Source of the DNA: Terriglobia bacterium
Lineage (GTDB): Bacteria; Acidobacteriota; Terriglobia; 20CM-2-55-15
Assembly (NCBI GenBank): GCA_963664115.2
Contig: CAXWPJ010000006.1
Span: 32,001 to 96,000 of the forward strand
Length of the DNA: 64,000 nucleotides
Reading direction: 5' to 3'
A model generated the notes under the pieces. The model was not told the DNA's origin. It made no database searches and saw nothing but the letters and a program-made list of their open reading frames with translations. Both the position numbers and the translations under genes were made by a program. Shown one piece after another: positions 9,831 to 19,289 of this stretch (the stretch's first letter is position 1; every line of letters starts with the position of its first letter).

Positions 9831-10227
9831 CTTCTGCTGGCATTGGCAAGTTGATCGATCGAGGATACTTTTTCACCAGAGTGCACATGTGCTTCCTGTC
9901 AGTCAGCAGACAGACGTCATCGCCACCCACTGGGCTGCGAAGCAGACGATGGTGAGCTGATCGAAGGTGTGGTCCGGCGTATGGGCTGACCGTTCATGCC
10001 CTTGCCCGCACGATGGCGTTGTACTCGTCGGTTGCCACCCGCAACGCCTCGTTGTCGGTGATGGGCGTCAGCGTGCCGTTGAACTCGGCGTACAGCCGGA
10101 ACGTGTTCAGCACGACCCGCCCCGCGTCCAGCCAGTTGGTGAACTTGCCCATGTTGAGCGGATAAGCGGAACAAGCGGGGTCTGACAACTATCAGAGCGC
10201 TGACGGTGTCGTAGATTTGCTTGGTCA

Positions 10228-10255
10228 AGTCCTGAGAAATCATCTTCTCGGACGT
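10228..10255 (+). repeat. 11-6-11 recombination-like site 4
   Basis: AGTCCTGAGAA-ATCATC-TTCTCGGACGT. Confidence 0.85.
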
Positions 10256-10587
10256 TGAACTTTTACAACCTAGGCCGGCATCAACCGAGCCTGCCGAGTC
10301 ATCCCCCAAAATCAACAACTTGGAACCGAGGCGGTGGGCGGAGTCGCTGTTGAGTTGCGTGAGGCGTGCTAAGATTTCTCCGAGGTGTGGCCAGTGGAAA
10401 GCATGCGTAAAGCCATAGTCGTTGTTTTGGGTTGCAGCTCTGCTCCTAAGTGCGTTCACAAGCCTCGATGTGGATTCTCTGTATGCCGTTCTAGCCCTCA
10501 CGTTCTGGCTGTACCTCACTGCCGTCACTCTCCGCTATAAACAAACCGAAGTCGAGGCGGCCAGTAAATGCTAGTAAGGAGAAGCGA

Positions 10588-11679
10588 ATGCGTAGCAGTA
10601 CGACAAGCGTGATTCTGGCGGTTTTGGTCGCAGCGCTGGTGCTCGCGTCAGGGGGCTTTGGCCAGACGCCTGAGTTGAGGCGTTCGTCGCCCACCGAGGC
10701 AACGCGATGGACGATTGAGCACATCGCCGGCGGCGTCTACAGGGCTATGAGCAACAACCACGGCACCGTCTTCCTGGTCACGCCGGAAGGCATCGTCTTG
10801 GCGGATCCGATCAACATTGAATTCTCGATGTGGCTGAAGGAGGAGTTCGCCGCTCGGTTCGGGGTCCCGGTCAGATACGTCGTCTACAGCCACTACCACT
10901 GGGACCATGCCTCCGGCGGGGACGTCTTCGCGGATACGGCCCGGTTTGTGGGTCATGCCAACATGCTCTCGTACCTGGCGATGCCGCCAGCGTCTACCAC
11001 GCTCTCGCAAGTCGTTGGGCAGTACGAGCCCGTGGCGGCGCTGGATACCAACGGCAACGGAGTGGTTGAGGAAAGTGAGACACCTGCGGACCTCCAGCGC
11101 TTCGCCGGCTCGAGCCAGAGCCAGTTCGAAGGATTCGACGCGAACGAGGACGGCGTGCTCAGCGGCGCGGAGGTTGTGCGCGGACCAATTAGCTTTGTGC
11201 GTCCTCCTGATATCACCTATACAGACGAGTTTCAGATCAACTTGGGCGGAAAACGGGTGAACCTGACCTGGGTTGGCGAGATGAATCACTCGAAGGACTC
11301 GAGCATGATCACCTTTCCAGACGACAGCGTGATGTTGATCGTCGACTATGTCTCGTTCGGGCGGCTTCCGAACAGGGAGATGGACTACGAACTCGGGATG
11401 TTCGAAGAGTGGATGGCTGCTATCAGTCAAACGGAGGAGCTAGCGGCAGACTTTGAGTTCGTTGCGACAGGCCACGGGCCGGTGGGCACCCGGGAAGACG
11501 TCAGAGCGTGGCGAGAGTACTTCGAAACACTCCGAGACGAGGTTGCCGCCGGCATCGCTTCGGGCCAGACACTGGAGGACATGCAACGAGACATCAAGAT
11601 GGAAGAGTACAGTCACTGGGGGGACTTCGATTGGGTCGACGAGAACGTCCTCGGCATGTATCACTTCCTGACCGATTGA
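10588..11679 (+). CDS. exported MBL-fold metallo-hydrolase with EF-hand-like insertion
   Basis: SHYHWDH motif, later H, D and GHG ligands; loops DTNGNGVVEESE and DANEDGVLSGAE; AAGGAG RBS. Confidence 0.85.
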   Translation: MRSSTTSVILAVLVAALVLASGGFGQTPELRRSSPTEATRWTIEHIAGGVYRAMSNNHGTVFLVTPEGIVLADPINIEFSMWLKEEFAARFGVPVRYVVYSHYHWDHASGGDVFADTARFVGHANMLSYLAMPPASTTLSQVVGQYEPVAALDTNGNGVVEESETPADLQRFAGSSQSQFEGFDANEDGVLSGAEVVRGPISFVRPPDITYTDEFQINLGGKRVNLTWVGEMNHSKDSSMITFPDDSVMLIVDYVSFGRLPNREMDYELGMFEEWMAAISQTEELAADFEFVATGHGPVGTREDVRAWREYFETLRDEVAAGIASGQTLEDMQRDIKMEEYSHWGDFDWVDENVLGMYHFLTD

Positions 11680-11769
11680 TGCTTCGGATATTCTCTAGCC
11701 TTCGGACACGCTACTGCCGGTGCCGTGAAGCGGCGTTCTATCCCCTCAAAAGCCTGAAATCTGTTTTCA

Positions 11770-11797
11770 AGTCCTGATAAATCATCTTCTCGGACCT
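11770..11797 (+). repeat. 11-6-11 recombination-like site 5
   Basis: AGTCCTGATAA-ATCATC-TTCTCGGACCT. Confidence 0.85.
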
Positions 11798-11859
11798 TGA
11801 GAATTCTACAGGGGGTTAAGTGGCCCTCCTCACGAAGCCGTGACCTCAGCCCACCTCCA

Positions 11860-12903
11860 TCATTGATCCGTTTGACAATCGTAGATCGGAATCGAATCTC
11901 CAAGAGCCAGCCAATAACCCTCGATGGTTGCGGGTTCGGTGAAGGTTTGCGGGTCAGTTACTGTTATTTGGAAATCCAGGCGGCTCTGATCGTTGCTCAC
12001 GGTAAACCGTTCCACGATTTCGACTGCCTCGCTTTGTGGCGTACCGATGGTGTCGAAGAAGGGCCAGTTGATTCGACTGGTTCTAACGACCAGGGTTCCC
12101 TCTTGCCATTCTCCTACCGAGTAACCCAGCCTTGAAGCGGGTTCGTTGGGAGGGGGCTCGGATCGATTCAGATGGATCGTCCGCTCAATGTCGTAAAACT
12201 CGGTCCTCAGCGTAATCTGATCCCGATGATCGATGAACTCGAAAGGATGCGGATTGGTCATGATTCTCGGCATGCCTTCCGGTTCGCAACGGATCGCGAA
12301 ATTGTCGAACATGTCCCATGACTCCCTTGCAGCAATCGCGGATTCCTGAAAGGGCAGGTGGGTAACTACTCGACGAGCACGTCCACGTGGAACACTCCAG
12401 ACGCGAAAAATTCCCTCACCGTCGCCGTTCAGCCCACGTTCAGCCAACAAATCTCGACCGCCAAGTATCTCTTCCGACCATCGAGGCTGGGTTGGCCAGA
12501 GCAATACCTCACGCCCATCTGTAAACAAAATGTTGGTGGCGAGAAAGTCCAGCTCGTCGCGACTCGATCTCCTACCGGCCACCCTCACACGCTCGCCTAT
12601 TGTGAACAAGTCTTGGGTTATACCTTGGCGCTGCAAGTTATAAATAGAATTTCCATGCATGATCCGAATCTCTTCCTCACCGTTGGTATTCATCGTTTTT
12701 ACAGCGATTCTAATGTGTGGGTTTCTCCACTCTAAAGCCAGGAGTTCGCCTACCGCTTCAGTGATTTCGTCGACGTAACCAGCAACGGAATGGTGAGCGG
12801 ACACGACGACGGGCCAACTAAAGAAGACACCAGCCATCGCAAGGCCACCAAAGAGGAGCCTCCTTCTAACCCGTTTCCGTCGTGTCGCAATTCGGTCCAG
12901 CAT
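11860..12903 (-). CDS. exported DUF6152-like protein (AHHS N-terminus) with C-terminal domain
   Basis: SA-HHSVAGY, WRNPH, then a CEPEGMP...GYSVGEW...ERFT domain; start uncertain (ORF extends to 12960). Confidence 0.7.
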   Translation of the reverse strand: MLDRIATRRKRVRRRLLFGGLAMAGVFFSWPVVVSAHHSVAGYVDEITEAVGELLALEWRNPHIRIAVKTMNTNGEEEIRIMHGNSIYNLQRQGITQDLFTIGERVRVAGRRSSRDELDFLATNILFTDGREVLLWPTQPRWSEEILGGRDLLAERGLNGDGEGIFRVWSVPRGRARRVVTHLPFQESAIAARESWDMFDNFAIRCEPEGMPRIMTNPHPFEFIDHRDQITLRTEFYDIERTIHLNRSEPPPNEPASRLGYSVGEWQEGTLVVRTSRINWPFFDTIGTPQSEAVEIVERFTVSNDQSRLDFQITVTDPQTFTEPATIEGYWLALGDSIPIYDCQTDQ

Positions 12904-13058
12904 GTCTTTCCCTCCGATTCCCTTGAGGTAGGTCACATGAAAACGAAGAATGTACTGCATGTCAATCTTTGTCTACGTCAACGCTGCATGGGCTCGTGAA
13001 TCATGCCATCCCAACAGAGTCGGATGGCAGACCTGTCCATCTCCGAAATCCATTCTCA

Positions 13059-13086
13059 AGTCCTGTTAAATCATCTTGTCGGACGT
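13059..13086 (+). repeat. 11-6-11 recombination-like site 6
   Basis: AGTCCTGTTAA-ATCATC-TTGTCGGACGT. Confidence 0.85.
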
Positions 13087-13275
13087 TGAGAATTGGCATT
13101 TGCGGAATGTTCCGTTGCTATCGAGTTCTAGATCACTGTAGTTATGCCCCGCAGCGTATATCCGGCAATGTTGAAGGTCGCATTCGAACCAAAACGGATA
13201 GTCGAACTGAGGAGGTAGGCTCGTCAGAGCGCCCAGAGTGCACGCTCTACGAAAACTGAAAGAACACTGTGGCGA

Positions 13276-14835
13276 CTATTCCTGCATTACCCTCTCGTGC
13301 AACATTTCGACCGTCCTCCAGGCAGCTTGGATGGCGCCTTCGAGCCACGCCGGACGCGAACTGGCGCCCGCACATCCCATATAGATCCGACCATCGGCCT
13401 TGCTGAGTTGTTCCAGATGCGCTCCACGCGGGGTGCTGTGGTAGGCGCCCAGGCTGTACGGAACTTTTTCCCACCAAACACAGTATGCGCTCTCGAATTC
13501 TTCGCGCATCTGAGGATGCACCTTGCCCGCATAGGTAAGCACGTGATCAATTCGGGCCTCGAGAGGCATGTCCGCCAGATCCGCCATCTCGCCATTACCG
13601 TAAAAGCCGAGGAGAACGCCCTTTTGGGTAAAAAAGTCGTTCGAAGGGTAGGAAAACTCTCCGAGCTGGAGACTCCGTGTCCAAAGGTGCCCACCGAAGA
13701 TCCCCTCGTCCTCTTCCCAGAAGCGCCGCCTCATCTGCAATCCCATCTTGGCGCTCGTACTGTGACGGCTGTCATTCACGGCCTGGGTCATCTCGGCCGA
13801 CAGGTTCGCGTCGATTCCTTTCATGACGGCCATCGGCAGGCAGCAGACGCAGTAATCGGCGGTCTCCTCCCGCTCGGTGCCGGTTCTCGTCTCTCGGTAG
13901 ACTACTCGAACGCCATCGCCTGTCTGGCGAATCGTCTTCACTTCGGCTTCCAGTGTGATCCGGTCGCCGAGAGCACGCTGGAACGCCAGAGGGATCTCCA
14001 TCATGCCGCCCACGGGCTGAAATAGCGGGTCGGGTCCCCCGGTTCCGGCTTCGAGCGATCGGACGCGACTTCCAAACCCCGACTGGAGCAGCGCGCCGAG
14101 ATCGTAGGGATCCTGAGAGCCGCGGGAGTTGGGCGGCTGGTACACGTGATCTTCGGAATCCAGGTATCCCGCCCGGACCAGAAATTCAACCAGCAGATTC
14201 TTGTCTCCTTCCGTGAGCGGGAGGTCAATCGCACCCTGTTCCATCGCCTTCGTGAGCAACTCGGTCGTGGAGCCCCACAGGTCGGCCTTGACCTCCCGCA
14301 GGCGGACCCGCCTGCCCGACAGCGGTCCCCGTTCGGGGTCTTCTTCGTAAAAGTAGTTTGCATCGCTCGAGTTGACGAACAGTTCCAGTGGAACGCCGAG
14401 CTCCTTGCAGTAGCCCAAGATCCCCTTGTCGGCATTCGGAATGCGCCACGCGCCTGCGTTGAAGTACTGCCCCTCGTCGAATCGACAGACCTGCCGCTCC
14501 CCGCCGACTTCGGTGTGCCCCGATCCACGGCGGAGCGTCCACATGAGGCCGCCGACCCGATCACGGGCTTCGAGGATCCTGTAGTCGTATCCCAGCTTCC
14601 CCAGCTCGTAACCAACCGTCAGACCAGACAACCCCGCACCCAGGACAACAACCCGTGTCCCGGGCGGCCTCCCCTGCAAAAGCGGCCGAGGGCCGGAAGG
14701 AGCGCCCATCAGACCCCATGTATTCATGGTGCCCACGACCAGGGAGGAACCACCCACGGCGCCAAACCGCTCGAGAAGCTGACGCCGGGTCATCACTGAA
14801 GGATTCGTCCGTTTATCGTGTGGTTGATGGCTCAT
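13276..14835 (-). CDS. Tat-exported flavin monoamine / L-amino-acid oxidase family protein
   Basis: TRRQLL leader; VVVLGAGLSG, LEARDRVGG, WLEGAIQA. Confidence 0.88.
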   Translation of the reverse strand: MSHQPHDKRTNPSVMTRRQLLERFGAVGGSSLVVGTMNTWGLMGAPSGPRPLLQGRPPGTRVVVLGAGLSGLTVGYELGKLGYDYRILEARDRVGGLMWTLRRGSGHTEVGGERQVCRFDEGQYFNAGAWRIPNADKGILGYCKELGVPLELFVNSSDANYFYEEDPERGPLSGRRVRLREVKADLWGSTTELLTKAMEQGAIDLPLTEGDKNLLVEFLVRAGYLDSEDHVYQPPNSRGSQDPYDLGALLQSGFGSRVRSLEAGTGGPDPLFQPVGGMMEIPLAFQRALGDRITLEAEVKTIRQTGDGVRVVYRETRTGTEREETADYCVCCLPMAVMKGIDANLSAEMTQAVNDSRHSTSAKMGLQMRRRFWEEDEGIFGGHLWTRSLQLGEFSYPSNDFFTQKGVLLGFYGNGEMADLADMPLEARIDHVLTYAGKVHPQMREEFESAYCVWWEKVPYSLGAYHSTPRGAHLEQLSKADGRIYMGCAGASSRPAWLEGAIQAAWRTVEMLHERVMQE

Positions 14836-14885
14836 GAGACTTAGTCCTCATTGGGATCCTGAAACGGAGCCGGCGGGCCCGACCT

Positions 14886-15884
14886 CTACGCGATTACCTG
14901 CTGATAGGCATCTACAATCTCACTCCCGGTTGGAAACCAGACACCATCGTGCTGCTGAAAGTGCGCAATCGCTCTTTCCAGGTAAGGCGTGCGACGAGGC
15001 TGTCCCGTCAGGAACGGATGGAGCGGAATCCCCATGACGCGGGCCGTTTTCTGGCTGTCGGCGTAAAGACTGTCAAACTGGTCCGTGAGTGCCTGAAAGT
15101 ATTGTTCCCCGGTATAGTTGTGGCGGAGGAGGAGCGACATGTCGTTGATTTCCATGCCGTAGGGAACAGCGAAGAGCTGGCCGGTATTCACCCTCATGGC
15201 GATTGGCTGATCGTCGATGTTCCAATCGCCGACGTAGACGACTCCTTCTTCAGCGAGAAGATCGGGGGTATTGAAAGTTTCCACGAGCCCCGGCCCTAGC
15301 CAGCCGCGCGGCCGCTTCCCGGTCGCCTGCTCGATGGTCCGCAGCGTTGTCCGGATCACTTCCCGTTCTTGCTCCAGGGGAAGGTTCGCCAGGTTCGAGC
15401 TATTCGTGATTCCGTGGCCCATGAACTCCCAGCCTCGGTTCTGCATCTCTTGAACCGCTGTGGGAAACACCTCGCAGACCATGGAATTCAACGCCACCGT
15501 TGCCCGGATTCCTGCCGCATCGAGCACATCCGCAATTCTCCACAGCCCTACCCGGATTCCATAATCTCGCCACGCATAGTTGATAACGTCGGGTACCCGG
15601 TTATTAGTATTGGGAGATATCGCCGCACCGGCCGGTGAGTCGAACTGCCACACTTCAACGTTGGGAATAATCCACACCGCGAGTGTCTTACCTCCCGGCC
15701 ACGTAAAAGGTCTACGCTCAAAAATGAACGAATCCTCATAGCGGTCTGCTCTTCGCATGATGGGGCTTCGTTGTTGCGCACTCGCGCCAAGTGGCCCTTG
15801 GAATCGAGAGGCGGCCAGCACGCCGGCCGCACCGGCCAGCGCCGACCCGACAAAGCAACGACGGTTCACACCCTTGGATTTCAT
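14886..15884 (-). CDS. Tat-exported polysaccharide deacetylase / PuuE-like protein
   Basis: NRRCF leader; WRDYGIRVG, EFMGHG, GWLGPG, PLHPFLTGQP. Confidence 0.85.
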   Translation of the reverse strand: MKSKGVNRRCFVGSALAGAAGVLAASRFQGPLGASAQQRSPIMRRADRYEDSFIFERRPFTWPGGKTLAVWIIPNVEVWQFDSPAGAAISPNTNNRVPDVINYAWRDYGIRVGLWRIADVLDAAGIRATVALNSMVCEVFPTAVQEMQNRGWEFMGHGITNSSNLANLPLEQEREVIRTTLRTIEQATGKRPRGWLGPGLVETFNTPDLLAEEGVVYVGDWNIDDQPIAMRVNTGQLFAVPYGMEINDMSLLLRHNYTGEQYFQALTDQFDSLYADSQKTARVMGIPLHPFLTGQPRRTPYLERAIAHFQQHDGVWFPTGSEIVDAYQQVIA

Positions 15885-16349
15885 TCTACGTCCCTCCATT
15901 CTCTTCCGCGCCGCCCTGAAGCAAAACTAAGCTTGCCGTTTATTCAAAGACGGCGGGACAGTGTCCTTTCGAGCCCCTCGAACGACGCTCGGACGAAGCT
16001 CCGGCTTTTCCGCGTCGGGCAAAGCTCAGAGGAAAATCTGCCATTTCAAACACATTCGCACCGTGATGCCTTCGTGTCGCTACCACATCTGGAGGGCATT
16101 CTACTGCCTTCCATCCCCATTGCGGGAGCGAAAGCGACGTACACGCAACACCCGCTTCAGAGGAACGATCTTCGCTATGGACGGAGACAGCCCCGCCTCC
16201 CTTACTGAGAAACACTTGAAGAGCCGTCTGCCTGACGACACAGTATCCAAGTATTATCAGGAGCACCTTGTGCTGTTGAACTGAAGGAACGCTTGCCGGC
16301 GCCGCAAAGCCGCGTTCTATGGCCTCAACATCCTTGAAATCCATTCTCA

Positions 16350-16377
16350 AGTCCTGAGAAATCATCTTCTCGGACGT
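16350..16377 (+). repeat. 11-6-11 recombination-like site 7
   Basis: (TTCTCA)AGTCCTGAGAA-ATCATC-TTCTCGGACGT(TGAGAA); preceded by an ELKERLPAP kinase-like stub at 16278-16304. Confidence 0.85.
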
Positions 16378-16390
16378 TGAGAAATCTAGA

Positions 16391-16537
16391 CTGCGAACAA
16401 ACTGCGAACAAGATACCGCCAAACACCCCGAATTAGCTGTATTGACCCCAAACCAGAACCCCTTAGAACCAACAACATAAGGTGTTTGTGAAGAATTCAC
16501 ACGCAGGAAGTCATCGGTTCAAGTCCGGTCGGTCCCA
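16391..16537 (+). mobile_element. att remnant 1: integrase arm-like segment plus 3' half of tRNA-Val(CAC)
   Basis: Tandem CTGCGAACAA-A-CTGCGAACAA, about 105 bp of conserved arm, then TTCACAC-GCAGG-AAGTC-ATCGG-TTCAAGT-CCGGT-CGGTCCCA (anticodon loop to acceptor stem, 16496-16537). No 5' half. Confidence 0.8.
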
Positions 16538-17088
16538 TTCCTAACCCCTGCATAGTCAATACCTTCTAATTGACGTGTTCGCGCCCCACCGCGGGATGCG
16601 AACAAGTTTCGATCGATCCACAGGGCTGTTGCACGAAGGCCCCAAAGGAAGCAGACTCGGTTCAGGCGGGGTGGCAAGTTTTCGGTAAGCCGTTATAGGG
16701 CCATCGGAACTCTTCCGAGTTGCTAGACAGCACCTTATGGTCGTTTGGAGCAGCCGTGTAAATCCACGGATTGGCGCTGTACCACGCAAGCGGCCTCGAC
16801 AGCGAGTCCAAGGAAGCGCTTTACTAAACACAAGGCGACTAGGGAGGAGTAATCGGGTGTTCTGCTTCGTGCCCCTCGACATAACACCCATACCGCGACA
16901 CTGTCCGCGCTCCGATCGTCTTCAGACCCTTCTTATTCCGCTTATCCGCCGTATTTTTTTGATTCGTTTATGATAAGGATCTTTCCCTTGCATTCGATAA
17001 ATGCCTTTGATGCAACAAAAAGTTCTTTTACCATGCACCTGTTGGAACTGGTGTGATTCTTAAAGGTTTTGTGCACAAATATTAAATA

Positions 17089-17604
17089 GTGAGGAATTTT
17101 TATTTTCTTATGAGAGGCATAGTTGCTGCAACGTTACTCACGGTTCTTATGGCAGGTACTGCAAGGGCGCAAGAGCCTGTTCCAGAGGATTTTTCTTTCT
17201 ATTATTCTGTAAGCAGCATGGGTTCCGAGCATAGCTACGATAGCAATGAAAATATGCGGAGAATTCCGTTGCCATGTTTTGAAGATTATTTTTTTTATGC
17301 GCGGTTAACGCCTGTGCAAAAAGGGGAGATTTATGACGCAATAATGAAAAATGACCTTTTGTCTGTGAGAAGAGATCTCACACAACCTCCTGATGGTTCT
17401 CCTGAAGGGGCTTTGGGATTGCCTTTGGCTACTGTTCAAGGTCAATTTGGGTTTAGGGCAGATGGAAGGAGGATTTTTCTCACCTTTAATGAAAAAACTC
17501 GTGATGATAAATGGAGTGATGTGCACCAAGTTGTTCGCGGCGTGTTACAGCAGGTAGATGATGCATATGAGTTTCCAGATGATGAGTGTTCAGGTGACCA
17601 GTAA
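17089..17604 (+). CDS. AT-rich exported hypothetical protein
   Basis: Signal peptide ending ARA-QEP; visibly lower GC than its neighbours; lies between att remnants 1 and 2. Confidence 0.7.
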   Translation: MRNFYFLMRGIVAATLLTVLMAGTARAQEPVPEDFSFYYSVSSMGSEHSYDSNENMRRIPLPCFEDYFFYARLTPVQKGEIYDAIMKNDLLSVRRDLTQPPDGSPEGALGLPLATVQGQFGFRADGRRIFLTFNEKTRDDKWSDVHQVVRGVLQQVDDAYEFPDDECSGDQ

Positions 17605-17693
17605 TTCGCAAAATTTCTCTGAACGTTGCCAGTATCATTAATAGTGCAAACCCCAAGCGGTACTCTAATTACCGGACATTGCAGTCTAGCTGG

Positions 17694-17840
17694 CTGCGAA
17701 CAAACTGCGAACAAGATACTGCCGAACACCCCGAATTACCTGTATTGAGCCCAAACCAGAACCCCTTAGAACCAACAACATAAAGTGTTTGTGAAGAATT
17801 CACACGCAGGGGGTCATCGGTTCAAGTCCGGTCGGTCCCA
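17694..17840 (+). mobile_element. att remnant 2: arm plus 3' half of tRNA-Val(CAC)
   Basis: Direct repeat of 16391..16537; tRNA part at 17799-17840. Confidence 0.8.
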
Positions 17841-17856
17841 TTAGCAGCCCCCGCCC

Positions 17857-19245
17857 GAGTTATAACCGAATCTGGGTTTAGGGATTGAATAAGAGCGGCG
17901 TATCTGCGTTGATTTGTTCGACAAAACTTCAAAGCAACCCTAGGAGATACGCCACTGTGAGCAAGAGTAACGTGACGTTCATGGACCGGAAGGTCGAGAA
18001 ACGTTGTTGAGTGATCCAGTAACAGAACTACTACGAGTTGGCGGCACAGCAACTGACCCCAACGCACGCAGTGGAAGCCGAATTGGCCACTTCGGAACTG
18101 CTATCCCAGACACAGGCCGGCGAACTAAGACAGGAAACGCCGGGGTGGTATTCCCGCAACGGTTATCTGCCGGAACGCGAACTGCAGACGGGATTGGGTC
18201 CGGTAACAGTCCAAATCCCGAACTTGGTCCGTGCCAAGACGGGCGAAGCTGTGACGTTCCGATCGGCCCTGGTACCACCGTACATTCGGAAGACGAAGTC
18301 GCTGGAAGCAGCGGTGCCGTGGTTCGTATTTGAAAGGCTGTTTCCAGCGGCGAGATGGGTGAGGCCCTAAAAGTTCTTGTCGGTCCTGGGGCGCAGGGTC
18401 TGTCGGCGAGCACGGTATCGCGGTTGAAACAGGTTTGGGGCGAACAGTACCGCCTCGGATGCGAGGAGCGTTTCCGGATGCAGATCGCTGGGTCTACCGC
18501 CTGGGCCGACGGCATCTACAGCGGACTTCGGGCGGAACAAACCAAGTTCGGTGCATTGGTCGTGATCGGCGTGAATGAACGCGGAGAGAAGCGTTTCCTG
18601 GCGATCGAAGACGGTGTACGGGAATCGACCACAGAGTTGGCCGAGGTCTTGTTGAAGCTGAAGTCCCGTGTGGGATACGAATGTTCCGAATTTGGCATCG
18701 GTGACGGTTGCGATGGGGTTCTGGGCCGCACTGGAGGAAATCTGTTACTGGACCGTCAACAACGTTGCTGGACCTTCCGGCACAAACGTCATGAACGTCC
18801 TCAAGTGGCCTGCCCAAGTTGTCCAGGCGAAGCCGAAACAGGCCCTGCACTCGATGGCAGGCCGAGACGATTCAGACGCCGAGCCCAAGGCACCAGATTG
18901 TTCATTGAAACCTATGAACCGAAGTATCCGAAAGCCGCACTCTGCCTGCAGAAAGACAGAAGGAACTGCTGGCCTTTTATGACTTTCCGGCCAAGTGTTC
19001 AGGTGACCAGAGCATTCAGAACGACGAATCCCATTGAGTCGACCGTTTGCCACCATTAACAGTGAACGAAGCGATCCAGAGGTTGCCGGACACGCTTTGG
19101 CATGCTGCACTGGATGTTCAAACACCAGTGCGCTGAGAACAATTGGCGACGATTCGGGATTCGAGCTGAGCAAGGTAATCATCGGAGTGAAATTCAACGA
19201 TGGTGTCGAAGCGACACAGTCGCAGGCCGCATCGGTCAATCTCCT
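17857..19245 (+). pseudogene. indel-riddled second copy of the IS256 element
   Basis: Starts GAGTTATAACCGAATCTGG and is collinear with the reverse complement of 6180..7564, but has many frameshifts and lacks the right IR. Confidence 0.85.
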
Positions 19246-19289
19246 CCCATTAGCAGCCCCCGCCCCTTGGGTGGGTCTAGTTCGACTTC

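Noticed and set aside
9994-10188. 64-aa ORF next to site 4
   Set aside because: It looks like a coding fragment but cannot be assigned to a family.
15940-16284. ORFs upstream of site 7
   Set aside because: No RBS or family motif; probably gene debris.
5672-16377. CRISPR array interpretation of the palindromic repeats
   Set aside because: Intervals are 0.4-3.3 kb and contain whole genes; no cas genes are present.
16460-16537. Complete tRNA-Val gene (also at 17760-17840)
   Set aside because: No 5' acceptor strand, D-arm or 5' anticodon stem upstream of TTCACAC.
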